Origin: Felis catus
Lineage: Eukaryota
Length of the DNA: 64,000 nucleotides
Direction: 5' to 3'
Assembly: GCF_018350175.1 (NCBI RefSeq)
Contig: NC_058368.1
Location: 620,001 to 684,000, forward strand
Below are positions 45,125 to 58,978 of the stretch, piece after piece. Under the pieces are notes generated by a model. The model saw nothing but the letters and a program-made list of their open reading frames with translations, did no database searches and was not told the origin of the DNA. Within the stretch, counting starts at the first letter, position 1. Each line of letters begins with the position of its first letter. The translations under genes and the position numbers were made by a program.

Positions 45125-48100
45125 GTAAATCTCTGAAATACAGAATTCAATTTAAAATATGTTGGGGAAGAATCTTTTCAAATCTGATTAATAAGATAGC
45201 ACTGAATCACAAAAGTTGGCTCAAAAATAAATGCTGAGCCATTTTAGAATGCTTTGGATCCTTATGGAAGTTATCTGAACCATGTTCCCAAACATGAATG
45301 TGTTGGAATACTAGTACAAAGGCAGATATGTTTAGAATTGCTGCACGGTAAAGTAATTTTCTACATTAGGATGATGCCGGCCGGCCAGGTCTGAGGACCC
45401 AGAGCGGCTTCCTGGCTGCTCACAGGATAGAAATCAGCGGGATTGATGGGGTGCCTGGATGGCTCAGTCAGTTAAGCGTCCAACCTCGGCTCAGGTCATG
45501 AACTCACTGTTCATGGATTCGAGCCCTGCATCAGGTTCTGTGCTGGCAGCTCAGAGCCTGGAGCCTACTTCTGATTCTGTCTCCCTCTCTCTCTGCCCTT
45601 CCCCCACTTATCTCCATGTCTCTCTCTCTCTCTCAAAGATAAACATTTTAAAAAATTAAAAAAGAAAGAAATTGCAGGATAGAAATCAAAGGTGGGCCAG
45701 CGGGAGTTGAAAGCAGAGGTTACTGAAGGGAGAGAGAGTGCAGGTACAGGCAGTGTCTGGGAGAGGGAATCTTATCTTTGCCTGAGGTCTGGGGTTTCTG
45801 TGGAGGGTCGTGGTCTGGTGTACATGTGCTCTCAGGCATGCAGGAACTGCTCAAAACAAAGTGAGGGCTTAGGTGATGTTCCTTGGAGCCAAGAGGGTTG
45901 TGTGAGATATGTAACTCTGGTGATCTGGAATGCGCATATACTGGCTTCTCAGGTCTTCTCACCTGGTCCTTCCTTAGGTATTATCTCTTCTACAGAAATC
46001 CTTAACTCCTGGTCCCATACAAGGAGGACATGCACTATTTGCATTCTGACCTGTGTGTAAAGTAGGGGTCCTAACAAGAATAGAAGCAGGAAAAGGAGTA
46101 AAAAGCAGATTTTTATGGAGTCCTTCAGTTTCCCTATCTCAAGGAGATGAGTTGTGTTTGTAAAAGAAACAGAAAGCTGTAATTGCCTTGAACAATGAGG
46201 ATACTTACCCCCCTGTATAACAGGAAGCCAGCTGTAGGGTGACTGCTGGTCCAGCCGCTCAAAGGAGGCATTATCATCAGGGGCCAGCTTCTTCCCATCT
46301 CTGTGCTCCCTTCTCCACCTGGCTCCCCTTACATCACCTTACAGCTACAGTGCTTCCTAGCATCCCATCCAGAGTATTTCTTTTCTTGTCTCTTAGAGGA
46401 GGCTCCCCCTACCCCCTTCAATCCAAAATAAGTGAAGAACCAACAGATGAGATGAACCAGTCCGCAGGATGAGAAAGGAGTCTTCCAAATTTAAAGTTTC
46501 ATGATTTGCCTAACCAGAAGAAAGAACCTCAGTGGCTGGTTTTCCTATTCAGCAGGTGTCTGGGATGCCCATCCAAATGCTTTTTCATTTAACTTTTATA
46601 TATTTTCAGTAGGTGATGCATCTGCATTATTCAAAAGTCAAAATTATATATTTTTTAAAGTTTATTTATTTTGAGAGAGAGAGAGAGAGAGAGCAGAGGA
46701 GGGGCAGAGAGAGAGGGAGACAGAATCCCAAGAAGGCTCAGCGATGTCAGCCCAGAGCCTGATGCCGGGCTCGTGACCTGAGCCAAAATCAAGAGTCAGA
46801 TGCTTAACCGACTGAGACCCCCAGGTGCCGGGTCAAAATTATATTTACAAGGAATACTCAGAGTAGTCTCTGTTCTACCCTGTCCCCTCTACCCATTGCA
46901 ACTCCCCAACTCGATAGATAACCATTTTTACTAATTCGTTTGTCTTTGCAGTTTCTTTATGCACAAAACTGTAAATATTCACATATATACTTATTCCTCT
47001 TCTCCTTTTTTTAAATAAAAAGTCATATGCCATCTTTGCTGCTCTGCACCTGCTTTTCCCACTTAGCATATCCTGTACATAGAGAGCATCTTCACTCACC
47101 ACATTGTGGATCGTTTCCGGACTTTGCTACTACAAACAGTGCCACAGTGAATACGCTTTTGTATTTGTCATTTCGTACCTTCAGAGGAGTGTCCCTGAGA
47201 CATGTCCCAGGAATAGAAGTGCTAGCTTACAGGGTGAATGCATCTGTAATTGTGATAGATTTTGTCCGATTCCCTCATAAAGGTTCTACTGTTTGCCCAC
47301 CCATCATCAGTGAATGAGAGTTTCTATTTCCTGTAGTTTTACCACAAGTGTATTTGTCAAACTTTTATATTATAGACTTTACCAATTTCCTGGATGAGAA
47401 ATGACCTCTCAGTTCCAGGATTTGTATTTAGGGGACGTTTGTGTGTCTTTTTCTGTGAACTGCCAATTCATGTCCTTTGCCTCTTTTTCTTTTGGATCTT
47501 GATATTTTTCCATGATTTTTAGGACATCTTAAGAAGTTAGGGAGCTTAGTCTGAGACATGAGTTACAAATATTTGCTACAGTTTATTTGTTTCGTTTTGT
47601 TTTGTTCTTTACTTTGCTTATGGTGAATTGGGGTGATGGTTGACGTGTTCTATTTCACCATACAGAAATTTTTTACTTTTATATAGAAAAATCCATCAGT
47701 CTCTTCTTTTCTGGCTGGTGTATTTGAATTGAAATTAGCCCCTCGCCACGCCAAGGTCATAAGGATGCATGGCAAGTAGAGTGAATAGGGCTCCCCTGTC
47801 AATGTCTCCTTAGCCTCAAAGATGGTGAAAGCAATACATTCCTGTATAAACGTAATTCAGATTATCCAGGAGCTGTGTTCCCTCCTCCAAGCTCCATGAC
47901 CTATGAGTATACTAAGTATACCAGGGTTCCCTTTCAGGGAAGACACCTGTTTCTTCATCATTTTTGTGTCTTTCAAATCTAATACCAGCCTGGCATAGAG
48001 AACATGTTTAATGAATTTTTTGGTAACAGAATTGGACTTGAGTCCTGATGATCTGAGTTCCTATTTAGTCACTATCCCCTCTCTGCTATGGAGTCATTAG

Positions 48101-48590
48101 CAACTGATTCAGCTTCTCAGAGCCTCATTGTCCCCATCTATACAGTGAGGATAATAAGATCTAATAAGACCAGTGTAACAGTGTGGATTAAAGGAACAGT
48201 GTAGCTGAAAACACTTTATCAACAATGAGGTGCTGTCCTAATGTACACTATTATTATTATTGTATATTATGCTATCACTGAGGGCACAATAGATACTAAA
48301 GGTATTACCTTTAATGTGCCACTTACATATTGATCAAAATATTGATCAAAAGCTTTGGGGAGGGGCACCTGGCTGGCTCAGTTGGTGGAACATGTGACTC
48401 TTGATCTCTCTGGGTTTTGAGTTCAAGCCCCACATTGGGTGCAGACATTACTTAAAAGTAAAACCTTTGGAAGAAAAAAAGCTTTGGGGAAATAAAATCT
48501 TATTTTTCCAATCTTTTTGAGAAAGTGTAATGTGCTATAAATATTTTGATATGTAGTGATTCTAACGTCTTACATCATTTCCATCTACAG

Positions 48591-48751
48591 CTAATAAGAG
48601 ACATGGTTAATGTCTGTGAAACTAATCTGTCCAGACCCAACCCGCCTTCTCTTGCCAAATACCGAGCTTTGAGATGCAAAATTGAGCATGTTGAACAGAA
48701 CACTGAAGAATTTTTCAGAGTTAGAAAAGAGGTTTTACAGAATAATCACAG
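48591..48751 (+). CDS. PARP4: PARP4 exon 10
   Basis: LIRDMVNVCETNLSRPNPPSLAKYRALRCKIEHVEQNTEEFFRVRKEVLQNNH. AG/GT, 161 nt. Confidence 0.93.
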
Positions 48752-49278
48752 GTATGCATAAAGGAAATGTCTTAGGATCTGTTATTATGTAATACTATTT
48801 CAGATTCTGTTATAAAGCTACTGTCCAGGGGTGCCTAGGTGGCCCAGACGCTTGATTTTTGCTTAGGTCATGATCTCATGGCTCCTGAGTTCAAGCCCCC
48901 TGCAGCTGGGCTCCACACTGAGAGGGCGGAGCCTGCTTAAGATTCTCTCTTTCTCCCTCTCCCCACCCCCCACATGCAAGCGGGCATGCTCTCTCTCACA
49001 AAAAAAAAAAAAAAAAAAAAAAAAAGCTACTCTCCACAATAACTGGTATGATTTAATCCTCTATAACAAGGTAACTATATTGTGATGACAAATTTCTTTC
49101 TTCAGTGTTTATAATATAAATTGGGACAGTATTCTATGCTTGAAAACTCTCCCCATTCACTCTGAGTTCAAGCTTACCTAATCTTGCTGAGATTAAATTT
49201 AAAGATTTTAAATCACAAGGCTTTTTTGTATTTTGAAGGGTGTTATATAGGAAAACCCATTTAAATTAAGATTTTAAA

Positions 49279-49493
49279 CAATTTTTTTTTCAACGTTTAT
49301 TTATTTTTGGGACAGAGAGAGACAGAGCATGAACGGGGGAGGGGCAGAGAGAGAGGGAGACACAGAATCGGAAACAGGCTCCAGGCTCTGAGCCATCAGC
49401 CCAGAGCCCGACGCGGGGCTCGAACTCCCGGACCGCGAGATCGTGACCTGGCTGAAGTCGGACGCCTAACCGACTGCGCCACCCAGGCGTCCC
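49279..49493 (-). mobile_element. Young felid SINE in PARP4 intron 10
   Basis: TSD TAAATTAAGATTTTAAA at 49262-49278 and 49494-49510. Confidence 0.93.
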
Positions 49494-50239
49494 TAAATTA
49501 AGATTTTAAAATGCAGCTGTGTGCATGGTAGCTTCCAAGACGCCCACTCAATGGCATGAAAACACTCAGTTGAAAATCTGGAAAACATGGCCAGAGATAT
49601 GGCACCCCTAACCGTCAGTCACATCCGTTATCTGTTTCCTCACTGATGGTGAGACTCCCTGTTTCTTGTGCTCATGTGTGTTCTACAAGCCAGGACAGCA
49701 GCAGGAACAACAGGAGGCTGGATCAGCCTCTCAGACCAGCCTTCACTGGGTATTAGTTTCCTCTGAGAGCCTGGACCCAGTTTCAAGGTTCAGAAACTAA
49801 TTTGATGGATTATTCTTAAGGGTGGGACTGACTTCCATTGGATTGGTCACTCAGCCCACTAATGTAACTTCCCAGCACTCCTCTGCCTGAAGTCTTTCTT
49901 CTGGGTGTTTCTGGCATCTCAGCTCTCATTAGGTACAATGGGCCAGGTTAGCCTTAATCAGCCTCACACACTGCCTGGAGCCAAACCGTGGGGGCCATTT
50001 GTTACATTTTTAGGAATTTTGTGAGCTGAATACCATTAGTAACGACATCGGCTGTGGTGGGAGGATTTATACCATAGAAACCAGCAAATGCCACAAATCG
50101 GGGTCCTGTGTGGGTTTTGCTATTGCTTTGAGAACTGGTTTTCCGGCAGCTAGCTAGAAGCACCCACCTTATGGACTAATTCAGACCTGTCTAAAACGGT
50201 GTTCTGCCTTCCTTGATCAGTTGCCCTCAAATGCCATTA

Positions 50240-50945
50240 CTAGTGTTACTTCACACCCACCAAGATGGCTGTATTTTTTTTTTTTTTTTGAGAAAATGAA
50301 AATATGGGTAATTATAGTGTTCGTGAGGATGCGGGGAAATTGGAACTCCCATAAAATGGTGCAGCCACTGTTTGGCGGTTCCTCAACAAATTCAGCACAG
50401 AATTACTGTCTGCCCCAGCGATTCCAGTCCTCGTTAGATACCCCAAAGAAGTGGAAACAAGTACTCAAGCAGATACGGATACATGAATGTTCATAGCAGC
50501 GCTATTCACGATAGCCCAACGGTGGAAACAACCCAAATGTCCATCAGTGGTTGAAAGGATTAGCAAAACGTGATTATGTACACATAATGGAATGTTAATC
50601 ACCAAAAATGAGTGAGGTACTAATACATGTTACAAGACGGGTGAGTCTCAAAAGCATTATGCTAAGTGAAAGAAGCCAGACATGAAAGACCACGTGTTGT
50701 ATGATTTCATGTATGTGCAATATCTGGAAGAGACAAATCGAATCCATGGAGACAGAAAGCAGATTGCCAGGCTCCAGGAGAGGGAAGAATGGGGACCGAC
50801 TGCTAAATGGGCATGGGCTGTTCTTCTGGAGTGCTGAAATGTTTAAGTGGAAGCGGTGGCTGCCCATTTTAATATGCTAATTATTACAGAACGGTATACT
50901 TCAAAAGGGTTAGTTTTGTGTTACGTGACTTTTACATCAGTTAAA
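50240..50945 (+). mobile_element. Old LINE1 3' end fragment
   Basis: Typical L1M 3' sequence (atgttcatagcagcgctattcacgatagcccaacggtggaaacaacccaaatgtccatcag; cattatgctaagtgaaagaagccagaca). Confidence 0.75.
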
Positions 50946-52575
50946 AAAATCCTTTCCTTTAGATCTTTTCCAGATTTGGCTTTTATATATAATCAAATTA
51001 CTTTTACTTCTTTTGATTTGACTTTTGACCCACCCCTAGATATCTGCTAGGATCTAATACTACATTAGGAACTACTAACAATGAAGGCAGAATCAGGAGG
51101 GGAGTAACTGACTTTCTCCAGGGAGTCAAAGAGAAGGAAGAGCCATGACTTCAAGCCCTGGGGGGGGGGGGGGGGGGGGTGCAGTTCAGTCATCTAATGT
51201 AACTCAAGCCCTTAGAGATCTCACCTCGCACCCTAGTAATGTCATACAACAAAGGTGGACCTCTTTGTGTGGAGAGATTCTGCTGCTGTTAAGAAGCACA
51301 AGCAGAAGAAGCAGAAGAAGAAGGAAAAGAATAAGCAGAAGCAGGAGAAGGAGAAGAAGATTTTCTCCATTTCATTTCACTAATGATGATTTTTTCATAT
51401 TCATTTTTTCTAGTTACAAAATTCATGTTCTTTGCTGAAAGTTTAGACAATGTGTGAAAACATGAAGAAAATTAAAGATCACCCAAAATCTCACCACCCA
51501 GAGATAACCCAGAGATAACATGACCACTGTTAACATTTTGGTGTAGAATAAATATATCCCAAATTGAATTATTGATTCTTCTCCTCACCTAGTGGTGTGT
51601 TGGTAAGCCAGCTCTCTGAAATAAACTCCTGACTTGTAACAACTGCTGATTTCTGTGGTATAAAAATGCTCCCACCATAGCTAATCTCAGGCTACCAATG
51701 TGACACCAAGAAACATGGAGTTGGGAAGACATACTGGATAGACTCTCCTACCCTCTCCACCCCACAACTCCGTCCCTCCGTAGTCCCCCAGTCTTTCCCC
51801 ATGCCTCCCCATCTAGTCACCCACCCAGAGCCATTGTCAACTGTCCCTCATCCCCACATCTCCATTCCTGTCACTTCTGCCTCCAAAATGTCTGTAATCC
51901 ATCGGCTTCTTTCGTTCACACTGCTGCCACCTTCAGTCCAGACACCGTTGTCTCATCTCCTTCCTGACGTTCTTCCCGCTCCTGCTGCATCCAATTAATT
52001 TTCCCATAACAACCAGTTAAGTCTTAGAATACACACTGTATTATGCCATGTTGCAGTAAATGTCACCTTCGAGGATAGGCCTTTCTTGACTATCCCGTCT
52101 CTGAACCTGGTAGAGTAGAACCTAAAATCAGTTATTTGCTAACTTTTCATTTTTGTCTCGCCATTAGGATGTAAGCCCTGTGAAGCCAGAGACCATGCTA
52201 TCTCACTTCTAGTGCCTGGCAGAACACTCAGCACAGAGTGTATTTGTGAATGATTGAGTGCAATGAATTCAAGCTATTTATTCTATATGTTATATATTTG
52301 AAAAACTTTGGGATCATACCATGCATAAAGTTTTGTAACCTATTTTTAAAATTCATTTTACAACAAGTCTTACTTCATATACTTATTTATTTTTTAAGAG
52401 TGTGATTTTTTTTTAATGGCTACATAGTATTTGCAAGAAATGTTATGTTGTGACTCACAGAATCCATTCCATAATAATGGACGTTTGGGCTGTTTTGGGT
52501 TTTCTCCTGCTAATAATGATTTTTTATTTTACTTTCGATTGTACAGTCTCAAGTTTTTTCTTCTGCTTTTTACAG

Positions 52576-52713
52576 TACAGGTCCAGTAGACATCTTGAAG
52601 ATATTTAGAGTTGGCAGAGTGAATGAAGCCACAGAGTTTTTGAGCCGGCTTGGCAATGTGAAGTCCTTACTGCATGGATCTCCCGTACAAAGCTTTGTAG
52701 GGATCCTGTCCCG
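52576..52713 (+). CDS. PARP4: PARP4 exon 11 (catalytic domain, HGS motif)
   Basis: TGPVDILKIFRVGRVNEATEFLSRLGNVKSLLHGSPVQSFVGILS(R). AG/GT, 138 nt. Confidence 0.92.
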
Positions 52714-53347
52714 GTAAGAGGACACCATCTTTATTTTCCAAATGTTTCAGCCTCACGAACATGAAGTGTTTTACCCTTTTTCCTACTTTTTTTATACCCT
52801 ACCTGGGTCTCTTCAGTTAAAACCAGCTTATTGCATTCCAGAGAAAACTGAGCCCTTTAAATTATAATTAAATATAATTTATTTATTATTATATGTATTT
52901 TGAAGTGTAGTACATGGGTATGAATTGCTTCTTGAAGACAGTATCATATGAAGAAAGGAGATTCTCTATTTCATGGCTCTTCTGTGTGTCTAATTTGGGA
53001 ATGTCCAATACTTAAAGAGAAGGGTCTAGAAATTAGAGTACCTAGATACTATGAGTTATCTATTCAAAACGTAACTCTAATTTCTGTTTGCTTTGAATAA
53101 TCACTTAATATCAGAGCCAAACTGCAGTCACAGAGAGCAGGGGAGAATATGATTACATCTGGGTCCTTAACTAAATACCTAAGAGGAAACATAAAAGGAA
53201 ATATACAGGATACATCTAGAAAAAACGTTCAACTGCTGTTGAAGGACCCAAAAGACACTTACATTAATCGGAAGGATGCCAAGTTTCCTTAAATTAACCT
53301 ATAAATTTAGAGCTATCACAATAAAAGTGCTAACAAGATGTTTTTTT

Positions 53348-53550
53348 CAACGTTTATTTATTTTTGGGACAGAGAGAGACAGAGCATGAACGGGGGAGGG
53401 GCAGAGAGAGAGGGAGACACAGAATCGGAAACAGGCTCCAGGCTCTGAGCCATCAGCCCAGAGCCCGACGCGGGGCTCGAACTCCCGGACCGCGAGATCG
53501 TGACCTGGCTGAAGTCGGACGCCTAACCGACTGCGCCACCCAGGCGCCCC
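53348..53550 (-). mobile_element. Young felid SINE in PARP4 intron 11
   Basis: TSD ACAAGATGTTTTTTT at 53333 and 53551. Confidence 0.93.
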
Positions 53551-54444
53551 ACAAGATGTTTTTTTTAAGAAATAAAAAGCTGATTATACTGCACATATTT
53601 TTTTAAATTTGACTTTGCCAGAGTAATTTTGAAAAAGAAGATTAATGAGGAAGAATTAACCAGACACTAAAAACATGTTATAAAACTGTGTTAATTAAAA
53701 CAGTGAGGTGTGCCCAAAAAGATGATTCTACAAAATAAAGAATCCAAAAGTAAATGCAAAAACATAGAGGGTTTAGTACATGATAAAAGTAGCTTTTATT
53801 TCTGTGGAAGAAAGATAATTTCTTCAATACTATGTATTGGGACAGATTAGTACCTGGAAAAATACAAAGTTGGATCCTTACCTCATTCCTCACACGTAGA
53901 TAAACTCCACATGGAACAAAGATTGAAAAATGAAAATATAAAGGTACTAATTGAAAAATAGGACAGTTTTTTTAATAACCTTTAAGTAGGACTAAAACCC
54001 AAAAACCACTTTACAAAGGTAATTACATTTCATAACACAAAATTCAAACTGGAGATGTTCATGTAATAAACGCAGAAGTCTCCCTTTACCCACCTTCTCA
54101 GAAACAACAGGGTTTAACTTTGATTGCAGAGAGTTCTTAGCAATGCTAGAAGGCCTGCAGGATATGTGTAAGTTCTTGAGCCAGGGAGAAACGCAGTCAG
54201 CATTGGGCCTAAACATGGTTCTGCTGAGTGCTTGACCTTGGCAGGTTGGAGTCAGAGCCCTGACCCAAGGCAGGAAGAATGGCCAGCACCTCCAGGCTGG
54301 TCAAGACAGGGATGAGAAGCTGACCATAGATTGGTACATGTGAATAGCACCTAGAAATCCTTCTGTGAGATTACTTTGAAATACATTTTTCTTTTCATTT
54401 CATGCTCTTTATTTATTTATTGTCTTTTTAATTGGTGTCTTTTT

Positions 54445-54855
54445 TCCAGCTTTATTAAGGTGTGATTGGCAAATGATAATTGTATATATTTAGGTTGTAC
54501 AAGGGGATTTTTTTAAATGCATAACATGATGATTTCATGTACATGTATATTGTGAAATGATGATCACAATCAAGTTAACACATCCATCACTTCATATAGT
54601 TATCTTTTTTTCTTGTGGTGAGAACATAAGGTCTACTCTTAGCAAAGATAATTTATTTTTATTCTTTATCTTAGAACTGAAAGTGTATACTCTTTAGCCA
54701 ACAACTCCCCATTTTCCCCAACCCCCACCTCCTAGAAACCACCATTCTGCACTCTGGTTCTGAGTTCGACTTTTCTAGATTCCACATATACGTGAGGTTA
54801 TGCAGTATTTATCTTTCTGTGTCTGGCTTATTTCACTTAGCATAATGTCCTCCTT
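54445..54855 (-). mobile_element. LINE1 3' end fragment (antisense)
   Basis: ttttctagattccacatatacgtgaggttatgcagtatttatctttctgtgtctggcttatttcacttagcataatg is the reverse complement of L1 3' sequence. Confidence 0.75.
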
Positions 54856-54945
54856 GAATAGCACCTGTCTTTGCTAGAATTATCATCCTATAATTAAAAA
54901 TACCCTTTCTTTTAGTAAATCATTTTAATGTCCTTTTCTTTTTAG

Positions 54946-55041
54946 TGGGTTGCTTTTACCCAAAGTAGTTGAAGATCGTGGCACAAAGAGAACAGACACT
55001 GGAAATCTTGGGAGTGGGATATATTTCAGCGATTCACTCAG
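54946..55041 (+). CDS. PARP4: PARP4 exon 12 (catalytic domain, GIYF motif)
   Basis: GLLLPKVVEDRGTKRTDTGNLGSGIYFSDSL. AG/GT, 96 nt. Confidence 0.93.
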
Positions 55042-55986
55042 GTTAGTATACTACATATACTATACATGATGTCTTAACCATGTTACTCACACCCATCACC
55101 AAGGATTTATACCCAAGTAGTTGCTATGTGGTTTCCTCCATCTTTCCTTTGTAAGGGATTTCTCATCCAAGAAACATATCGGTGAAAGCAACCAGTTTTC
55201 TCAGTATACCATAGAAATATGTCTTTTGTGGTGGATATTTGGGAAAATTTTATTTTAAATCACCTTGATTTTACTATCCTGAGAGTCTTTACATATATTT
55301 ACCTGCTTAATCCTTACAACAACCCTCTTAGGTCAGTTCTATTATTATCCCATATCACAGATGAGAACACTGAGGGACAGTGAGGGTATCTTGCCCAAGA
55401 TCACATAGCATTTTGTCTTTCTCCAGGACCAGTGATCTTAACTTCTATAGCACATGACCTCTCATGTGCTTATACACATTATATACACAACTTATCATTT
55501 ACACAACTTAAGTTGTGTCTTATCTATTGTAAATGAACTCTATGTGTATAGAATAATATTTCATCTTCAATATCCTTGTTAATATTTAAATCTATCCCCA
55601 CAATAGCCACAGGGTATTAAACACCTGCCCTGTGCAAGGCACCGGACTAAGTGCTTCACGTACATTGTCTATAAACCTCACAGGTGGTATTGTGACATCA
55701 TTTCGTGACAAGGAAACAGATTGATGGAGGTTAAGTAACTTGCATAAAGTCACAGAGCTAGTTAAATGATGGAGCTTGGGTTCAGGCCAGGCCAGGATAA
55801 TTAATTATCCAGGATATTTCAGGAATTCCTATGGAAATCCGTAAGAAAAAAATAACTCAAAAAGCAAATGGACAAAAGACATGAGTAGGAACCTAATAGA
55901 AGAGGAAACACATGGACAATGTCATTTGAAAAGGTTACTAATCAATAATATGCAAATTCATCTATCATATACCATTTAATACCTAT

Positions 55987-56025
<39 letters not shown>

Positions 56026-57393
56026 CAACAACTCTAGGTGTTGGTAAGTCTCTAGAACAGTCTGAACTCTCAGACACTGTCAATAAACTGATAAGCCCTC
56101 TTGAGGAAATGTTGGCATCATCTGCTGTAGTTGAAGAGCATAATTAATGGTGTGACTTAGGAATCCTATAGATTGGACTAGGAACCAGGAAGCAGCAGTT
56201 CTCAATCCTGGCTACACATTCAAATCACCTGGAGATTTTATTTTTATCTTTTTATGTTTTTTACTTGAAGGACTTTCTTTTAAAGTTTTCATTCAAATTC
56301 CAGCCAGTTAACACAGCGTGATGTTTGTTTCAGGTGTACAGGTTAGTGATCCAACACGTCTGTGCAACACCCAGTTCTCATCACAAGTGCCCTCCTTAAT
56401 CCCCATCACCTATTTCACCCATCGCCCCACCCACCTCCCCACCTGGAGGAGCTTTTAAACACCACTGGTGCTGATTTCACCCCAGATCAGTCAAATCAGG
56501 ATGTCTAGGGGTGAGGTTTTTAAGCTCCCTGGATGATTCAGACTGAGTTGAGAATCACTTCCCTAGTGAGTCTACATAGACCAGGAGACATGTACACAGA
56601 TGGCTAAGAAAACTGTAAGATCACTGGAAATGATGCAGATGTCCAATAAGAGTGGGATGGATCCAAAAATTTTGGTGTCGGCCTACATGGAGTCTTATAT
56701 GGCAGTTGAGACACGTGTACTACAGCTACACGTGCCAAATGGAGGAGTCTTAGGAAGGTAACGTGGAGCAAATAATTGCTCTATGATTCTATATGTATAG
56801 AGTTTGAAAACAAGCAAAACTAAGCATACTGTTGAGGGACACATATCTATGCATCAATACTGTAAAAGAAAGAAAAAATAATATACACATAAACACAAGA
56901 TAGCAATTAGATTACCCTCTGGGTGGCAGGGAAGGTAATGCCACAGGGCAACGTAGAAATATTGATGATGTTCTTTTCCGTTTTTTTGTTGTTGTTGTTG
57001 TTGTTGTTGTTTTCAGTGTTTATTTATTGTTGAGAGACAGCGGGCACACGTGCATACATTTGCAGAACAGGGGTAGAGAGAGAGAGAGACAGTGGATCCA
57101 AAGCTAGCTCATGCTGACAGCAGAGAGACCGATGCAGGGCTTGAACTCACTAACCGTGAGATCATGACCTGAGCCAAGGTCGGGTGCTTAACCGACTGAG
57201 GCACCCAGGCACTCCTGTTCTTTTCTGTTTCTTAAACTTGGCAGGAGCTATGTGGTTGTCTGTCTTATCATTGTTCTTGAAACTTAACACTTATGGTATA
57301 AATGCTCTTTCCTCTGTACAAATCTTTCAAAGTAAAACTTTTTTAGATGTTAAGATTTTTTTTTTTTTAACAAATTGGGATTCCTTTGAATTT

Positions 57394-57605
57394 TTTTTTT
57401 TTCAACGTTTATTTATTTTTGGGACAGAGAGAGACAGAGCATGAACGGGGGAGGGGCAGAGAGAGAGGGAGACACAGAATCAGAAACAGGCTCCAGGCTC
57501 TGAGCCATCAGCCCAGAGCCCGACGCGGGGCTCGAACTCCCAGACCGCGAGATCGTGACCTGGCTGAAGTCGGACGCTTAACCGACTGCGCCACCCAGGC
57601 GCCCC
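57394..57605 (-). mobile_element. Young felid SINE in PARP4 intron 12
   Basis: TSD GGGATTCCTTTGAATTT at 57377 and 57608, with 2 extra nt at the SINE 5' junction. Confidence 0.92.
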
Positions 57606-58978
57606 AAGGGATTCCTTTGAATTTAACCAAGTTGAAGTCCTTGGTGACTTTGGACAGAGTGGTTTCAATTGAGCCAAACTGCAACAGGCTGAAGGGTGAT
57701 GGACAAGCAAGCAGATAGAGGCAGCCATTGAGAAAGGTGGGGGATGGAGAGGGAGGAAGTGGAGGTAAAGTCAAGGGTCACAGGCTCAGCAGTCACAGGG
57801 AAACAAGTTTTAGGAGAAATGGGGGAAATTGATTATTTTTTTTTAGGGGACAGGTCTTGGGGCACTTGGAAAGCACAGTCGGTAGAGCTCGCGGCTCTTG
57901 ATCTCTGGGTTGAAAGTTCGAGCCCTGCGTTGGGTGTAGAGATTACTTAAAAATAAAGTATTGTTAATATATAAAAAAATTTTTTAAATAAAAGGGAGTA
58001 AGTCTTAGGGAGCTTGGGTGGCTCAGTCAGCTGGGTGTCTGACTCTTGATTTCTGCTTGGGTCATGATCTCGCAGTTGTGGGATTGAGCCCCATGTTGGG
58101 CTCCCCACTGAGCGTGCAGCTTGTGGGGACTCTCTCTCCCTCACCCTCTGCCCCTCCCCACTTGTGCATGTGCGTGCTCTCGATCTCTCTCTCTCAAAAA
58201 AAGAGGGGGAAGTCAAGTCTTAGAGGGGATAGAACAAAGGGTCTTCAGGCAACACTTTTATATTTGGGTCTTGATATTTGGAAAAATAAAGATATGTCCC
58301 AAAAATGTTGCTTCCAAAGGTGTCCTAGCCTATGCTCCTTAATAACAAGAGTTGCTTTTTTTTTTTTAAGTTTATTTATTTAAGAGAGAGAGTGAGCATG
58401 GGAGGGCAGAGAGAAAAGTTGCTTTTTTTAAAGCTGCTGAGTCCTGAAGAAAGTCAAAACAAAATCTCTCATTTAGATGTTGTTTGAAGTTTTGTTTCTC
58501 CATCTGGATTCAGAAGGCTTTGTGAGAATACCAGTGCTGTCTTTCCCTTTGACCAGTTCTTACTTACCTAGTATTTCATGTTCTCTCTGAGCTTCAGTGC
58601 ACAGAAGTAATCTGCTCTTTCTTAACTAATAAGGTGGGGGGTTTTCCTTATCTTTCGTCACTTTGGTGTTTGCTGTACCAAAATGTGTGTGTTTTAGTAG
58701 TTAGTAAAGATTTGAGGCAACAGGGGAATGCATCCATCCCTGGAAGAAAGTACTTTGAACACTACCTGCACAACAGAAAGGCAACATCTGAAACAAGTAA
58801 GTGAATAATAAAGTTCTAAACTGACCCTTCAGAGATATTTTAATAGCCGTAAAATCTGGAACATCCTGCCAGCAAAGTCATTGAGACAGTATTTCACATA
58901 TAGAGATGGATAATGGATACTAAAATATTATTGCCATGTAACCGTAAGTCACAAACACGTACTTCCTTTCCCTCGCAG

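Noticed and set aside
51145..51438. Arg-rich, protamine-like ORF with a poly-Gly run
   Set aside because: It derives from a G20 homopolymer and a degenerate (GAA/GCA) simple repeat in an intron.
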